A DNA stretch of 13,223 nucleotides from Octopus sinensis (taxonomy: Eukaryota), in assembly GCF_006345805.1 (NCBI RefSeq), contig NW_021826175.1, positions 1 to 13,223 on the forward strand, read 5' to 3'. The notes beneath the pieces were generated by a model. It was not told the origin of the DNA. It worked only from the letters and a program-made list of their open reading frames with translations, and ran no database searches. Below are positions 9,152 through 13,223 of the stretch, piece after piece. A program made the position numbers and the translations under genes. Each line of letters begins with the position of its first letter. Within the stretch, counting starts at the first letter, position 1.

Positions 9152-9346
9152 GATACATGGATATGTGAGGAGGTGTGAGGAGATGTATAGAAGAGATGCT
9201 TTTATAATATGCTGTGTGGCGATGTATGAAGTTGTTGGGAGCAGCCTGACGATGTACCGAACTGTAATGTCTTGGCCATGTGTGGAAAGGTGAGGCAATG
9301 TTTGAAGATGTGTGACGATGTATAGAGATGCAAGGTGATGTGTCAC
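9152..9346. repeat. Degenerate ~10-bp minisatellite (GATGTGTGRC-like units)
   Basis: GATGT recurs at 10-bp or multiple-of-10 spacing, for example GATGTGTGAC GATGTATAGA GATGCAAGGT GATGTGTCAC at 9307-9346. Confidence 0.55.
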
Positions 9347-9575
9347 AAAATGTGGAGTTTTTTGGTTGCTTTTTTTTTACTTGGTGAGTCTAGAAGGTTC
9401 AGTGGTGGTCGTAGGTCTTCCTAGATGAAGGATCGGCAAACTTCTTATGTCATTGATCCCCACATGGAAACTTTGATAACTTATCAATCCCCATCATGTT
9501 TTGAAAAAAAAAGATGAAAACAAAAGTTGAATTTGTTTTAAAATCCTTTCTTTCGGTGCCTTGAAAAATTTAAGA

Positions 9576-9810
9576 TCTATCTATATATATATATAATGAA
9601 AGCTGTTTCTGTGTGTCTGTGTGTGTAGTACGTGTGTATTTCTACAGTTTTCAACCGATTTTCACCAAACTTTATACACACATTACTTATGTGCCAAGGA
9701 TGGTCATGCACTATAACATTTTGCACAGAGCTCCCGCGTAAAGCGATAAACCGGGGAAAAACGGCGTTTTACACGGATTCTTCTCTAAAAACTTCTGTAG
9801 CTTTCAAATG
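9576..9810 (+). mobile_element. Probable 5' end of a non-autonomous Helitron-like element
   Basis: Begins A^TCTATCTATATATATATATAATG: a 5'-TC after an A, then a TA run and a (TG)n-rich segment, then CAACCGATTTTCACCAAACTTT. This layout is typical of animal non-autonomous Helitron-like repeats. No clear 3' hairpin plus CTRR was found. Confidence 0.45.
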
Positions 9811-9939
9811 ATTCTCTCCCTTTTCTCTCTCTGTTTATTTCTATCTTCTCTCTCTTTTTCTCATTCTCTGTTTTTCTTGCTTACACATATTCTTTCTCAC
9901 CCTCTGTAATACTTCCTCTCTTTTAGTCTATGTCTGTTT

Positions 9940-10027
9940 CTTTCACTCTCTCACTCACTCACTCACTCACTCACTCTCTCAGTCACTCTCTCTCTCCCTC
10001 CTTCTCTCTCCCTCTCCCTCTCTCTCG

Positions 10028-10064
<37 letters not shown>

Positions 10065-10078
10065 ACTCACTCACTCAT
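9940..10078. repeat. (CT)n/(CACT)n microsatellite
   Basis: Direct reading. Confidence 0.95.
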
Positions 10079-10639
10079 TTACCAACTTGTGTCTACAAAT
10101 TGGCTTCCGTGTATTTCAATTAGTAGTACGTAAAAATCTCTGTTGTTACGGTTTTTGTACGTTCTCCTTGAAAAATAATTTAATTTTAATTTTTGTTCAC
10201 CCAGTGAGTTTAAATTCAGTTTTGCCACATCTACTTAAAACTTGACTTCAGTATATTTTAATTTTGTCGTGCGTAAATATCTTCGTCTTTACTGTATTTG
10301 TGCGTTCTCCCTACAAAATTAATTTGCTTATTTTCAATTTTTTTGCACTCTGTCTATTTAAATACATTAGTTCTCTTACGAAAAACGTTGTGCGCGCGGC
10401 CGTGTATACGTACGTATGACTGCTATGAACCACATGGAGCCGATAAGCCTTTATTACTAACCAATGAGATTGCAACCACGCCACTGAGCGGTTCGCGTTT
10501 TTTCAATCCAGCTATTTTCTTCTAGAGATTTATACGCACAAACGGGTTTGTAAGTTCTGCTACAAATTGACTTCCACTTACTTCACACTGTTCTTCTAAG
10601 GATGCACATCTTAGAAGAAGAGAATGGAGTAAGTGTAGC

Positions 10640-10892
10640 AAGAACACATACGAAAACTAAAAGTGTTACTGAAGAGATCAGCGGGAAAGATATGATCAGA
10701 TATGAGCTTACTGAAGCCCGGTGTTCAGGGAAAAACTGACATTAATCTTTGGTGCTGGGCCTGGAAGTGGATTGGGGCACAACAAAGGTGGAGAGAAGAG
10801 GAGAGGTGAGTAGGGAAATGCCTAACTTAGAGGTAGCATGAGCCCAGTCGCCTTGGTAAGCAACAGTCAGTGTAGTAGCAGTAGAAAAACTA
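10640..10892 (-). mobile_element. CR1-type LINE ORF2 C-terminus (left piece, split by mariner B)
   Basis: The minus strand reads FYCYYTDCC...THLSSLH...SVFP*T...IFP. This resembles the CR1/Zenon-type C-terminus FYRYY.G.CS..L...TR.S...H...SFFP.T..LWN.LP..VFP and follows directly from HKRTMSS at ~12582-12603. Confidence 0.65.
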
Positions 10893-10994
10893 CGAGATGC
10901 ATTCAAGAAATTTTGAGACTTTTTTATGAGAAGCGGTTGTAACTGTACTAAATTATTGTAATCATAGTATTTTATTATTGTATATGTCATAAGC

Positions 10995-11316
10995 GTAGAG
11001 GTGCAATGGCCCAGTGGTTAGGGCAGCGGACTCGCGGTCGGAGGATCGCGGTTTCGATTCCCTGACTGGGCGTGTGTTGTGTTTATTGACCGAAAACACC
11101 TTAAACTCCACGAGGCTCCGGCAGGGGGTGGTGGCGACCCCTGTTGTACTCTTTAGCCCGAACTTTCTATGACTCTTTCTTCCTGTTTCTTGAGTAACGC
11201 TGCGATGGACTGGCGTCCCATCCAGCTGAGGGGAACACATACGCCATAGAAACCGGGAAACCAGGCCCATAAGCCTGGCTAGGCTTAAAAAGTGCACATG
11301 AATAAATAAATAAATA
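10995..11316 (+). mobile_element. Full-length tRNA-derived SINE (family 3, 3' module type b) with 13-bp TSD
   Basis: A box TGGCCCAGTGG (11007-11017), B box GTTTCGATTCC (11051-11061) and an (AATA)n tail. Perfect TSD ATATGTCATAAGC at 10982-10994 and 11317-11329. Confidence 0.95.
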
Positions 11317-11432
11317 ATATGTCATAAGCAGACCTGCTGACTTTAGTTATTCCAGATTGAAGGAGACAGCTGTGACAGCACTTTGAGCACTCCTTACTAA
11401 ACACGGCTTGTCGCAGGTGACTAGTCAGCGGA

Positions 11433-11894
11433 ATGCAGTCGGGACGTTTCGAAGCTCGCTTTGCAATACGCTCGTGTTGAACTAGACAAAATTGCTACAG
11501 AAACTTATGAAATGCTCCAGACTACATATGGATAAATTGTTTCGTTGGTACAAGAAGTTCAAGGACGGTAGAGAGGAGGTGAGAGACGATGAGAAGTGTC
11601 GGCGTGAAGAAGGATGGATGTCAAAGCATCAGAGCTGATTCTCTTTTACTATTTTACTTGTTTCAGTTACTTGACTACGGCCATGCTGGAGCAACGCCTT
11701 TAGTCGAGCAAATCGACCGCAGGATTTATTCTTTGTAAGCCTAGTACTTATTCTATCGGTCTCTTTTGCCGAACCGCTTATTTACGGGGACGTAAACACA
11801 CCAGCATCGTTTGTCAAGCGATGTTGGTGGGGACAAACACAGACACACAAACACACACACACACACAACACACACAAACACACACACACCACAC

Positions 11895-11950
<56 letters not shown>

Positions 11951-12506
11951 TACGACGGGCTTCTTTCATTTTCCGCCTATCAAATCCACTCACAAGGCTT
12001 TGGTCGGCCCGAGGCTATAGTAGAAGACTCTTGCCCAAGGTGCCACGTTGTGAACTGAACCCGGGACCATGTGGTTGGTAAGCAAGCTACTTACCACACT
12101 GCCACTCCTTGGATGTAGATCGTCGTGTCTGTAAAGACAATAAGCATACAGTTTGGAATTGGTGTGGCAACTGTACAGAAAATTACTCATGGAGATTAGA
12201 ACATTTGCAAAATTTGATTGTTCTCAGAGTGTTTAGTAACGAGCATCCTGATAACAAACCACTTGACAGAGATCGGTATCAATACTGCCCCTCACCCATC
12301 CTACATTCCATGTCTTGCTCCCTGTGACTTTTGGATGTTCCCCAAACTTAAGGAGAACGTCGGGAGCAATAGGTTTGAAGTGAAGGAGGCTGTGACAAGA
12401 ATCTTGGACACCTTCACTTTGGAGGGCTTCGATGGTGCCTCAGCAGTATCTGGAGCGCTACAACAATTGTATTGAAGTCAGAGAATCCTACTTTGAAGGA
12501 GATTAG
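11433..12506 (+). pseudogene. Mariner transposase pseudogene B (interrupted by a SINE)
   Basis: N-terminal part: MQSGRFEARFAI...ATETYEMLQTTYG...FRWYKKFKDGREEVRDDEKC (11433-11640). After the SINE: DRRV-SVKTISIQFGIGVATVQKI, then a deletion at ~12237, then SILITNHLTEIGINTAPHPSYIPCLAPCDFWMFPKLK (YSPDLAPCD motif) and YNNCIEVRESYFEGD*. Confidence 0.9.
11641..12109 (-). mobile_element. Near full-length family-2 composite SINE with internal (TA)n(TG)n microsatellite
   Basis: The reverse complement aligns with 1310-1725 over head, internal microsatellite (~11835-11950), 3' module and GTAAAAGAG tail. The first few head bases are missing and no TSD is visible. Confidence 0.92.
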
Positions 12507-12577
12507 AGTTTTGGACTTCTTTAAAATCAGTAAATGTCTCTCCTGAAAAAGTCTAAAAACTTCTGGAACGCACCATG

Positions 12578-12960
12578 TAGAGGACATGGTTCGCTTGTGA
12601 ACCAGAAAGTGACGCGTGTCTATTAGTGACTTCATGCCAGTCAGTCGGGTGGCTCTTTTCTGCATACTGTCAAGGATGTCTCTGTGTACAGCAACAGTAG
12701 CATCGTACCATCCCTGGTATGAGAGCAATACTTCATTATGGAACTCATTTGAGCTTGATAGATTAACCACAGATGAAGTATCTTCTAACCTTAAGGAGAG
12801 CGGTTAGAAGCCGGGATGATATCTTAACTACGTTTAAGATGTGCTTTTGCCAGCAGAGATCGTATGTGATAGCAAGGTTCAACAATTGGAGGTTTTTTTG
12901 CGGGGGGGGAGTCTTTAAATGAGTGTTGCTCATGATTAAGAAGTGTGATACTATCATGTT
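12578..12960 (-). mobile_element. CR1-type LINE RT C-terminal fragment (right piece, 5'-truncated)
   Basis: The minus strand reads LQLLNLAITYDLCWQKHILNVVKISSRLLTALLKVRRYF, then MKYCSH, then DILDSMQKRATRLTG...LVHKR. These resemble CR1-clade motifs L.ILG..I..DL.W..HI, MEYCS..W and LD.VQKRA.RLIG...L.HRR. Part of track ORFs 12414..12770 and 12763..13083. Confidence 0.85.
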
Positions 12961-12967
12961 TACATGC

Positions 12968-13035
12968 TGTATGTATGTATGTACGTACGTATGTATGTAT
13001 ATACACACACAAACATACACACACAAACGCACACA
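12968..13035. repeat. (TATG)n/(CA)n microsatellite
   Basis: Direct reading. Confidence 0.9.
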
Positions 13036-13184
13036 CACACATACACACACACACAATTTATTTGTGGGTGAATAAGGCTTCACAATGCTGAGAATTTACT
13101 GCATGAAACCAATGGTAGCCCCGTTAATAACTCACAAATAGAGAACATTTATCCACCGATTTCAGCACTCATTCTCACTGTTCG

Positions 13185-13186
13185 AT

Positions 13187-13221
<35 letters not shown>

Positions 13222-13223
13222 TA
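13185..13223. repeat. (TA)n microsatellite
   Basis: Direct reading; truncated by the window end. Confidence 0.9.

Larger units (their letters stand above)
10891..12579 (+). mobile_element. Internally deleted mariner DNA transposon B containing two nested SINEs
   Basis: Left end TACGAGATGCATTCAAGAAATTTTGAGACTTTTTTATGAG (10891-10930) matches the reverse complement of the right end 12540-12579 (TACATGGTGCGTTCCAGAAGTTTTTAGACTTTTTCAGGAG) at 31/40 positions. TA is present at both ends. Confidence 0.88.

Noticed and set aside
59-12109. tRNA genes suggested by A/B boxes; CRISPR-like repeats
   Set aside because: The tRNA-like segments lack a complete cloverleaf and run into SINE bodies. No repeat-spacer array or cas-like ORF is present.
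670-12960. All three LINE fragments lie on the minus strand (possible intronic orientation bias)
   Set aside because: Three of three on the same strand occurs by chance one time in four, so it is not informative.
258-13083. Low-complexity ORFs in the track (MYVC, HTYI, poly-N/L/I, ERKK, SLSL repeats)
   Set aside because: They are translations of microsatellites that lack stop codons in some frames and show no domain-like sequence.

Overview
This is an AT-rich, repeat-saturated, non-coding animal genomic window. The SINE families, (TATG)n/(TA)n/(ATT)n microsatellites and LINE/mariner fossils look like octopus (coleoid cephalopod) DNA, which is an inference from repeat style. I find no intact protein-coding gene, RNA gene or CRISPR array. 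Most ORFs in the track are microsatellite translations or fragments of dead transposon ORFs. The window contains: six tRNA-derived SINE copies or fragments from three families; two internally deleted mariner elements with recognisable TIR pairs, each inserted at a TA inside an older minus-strand LINE (one RTE-type, one CR1-type); a third, very decayed LINE RT fragment; a ~535-bp element embedded in a (TAA)n tract; a probable Helitron-like 5' end; and roughly 15% simple repeats by hand estimate. The most unusual structure is a 326-bp spacerless palindrome (2965-3290; 163-bp arms, one mismatch) inside a ~500-bp insert bounded by (TA)n tracts. Family assignments rest on motifs recalled from known TE proteins and have not been checked against a database.
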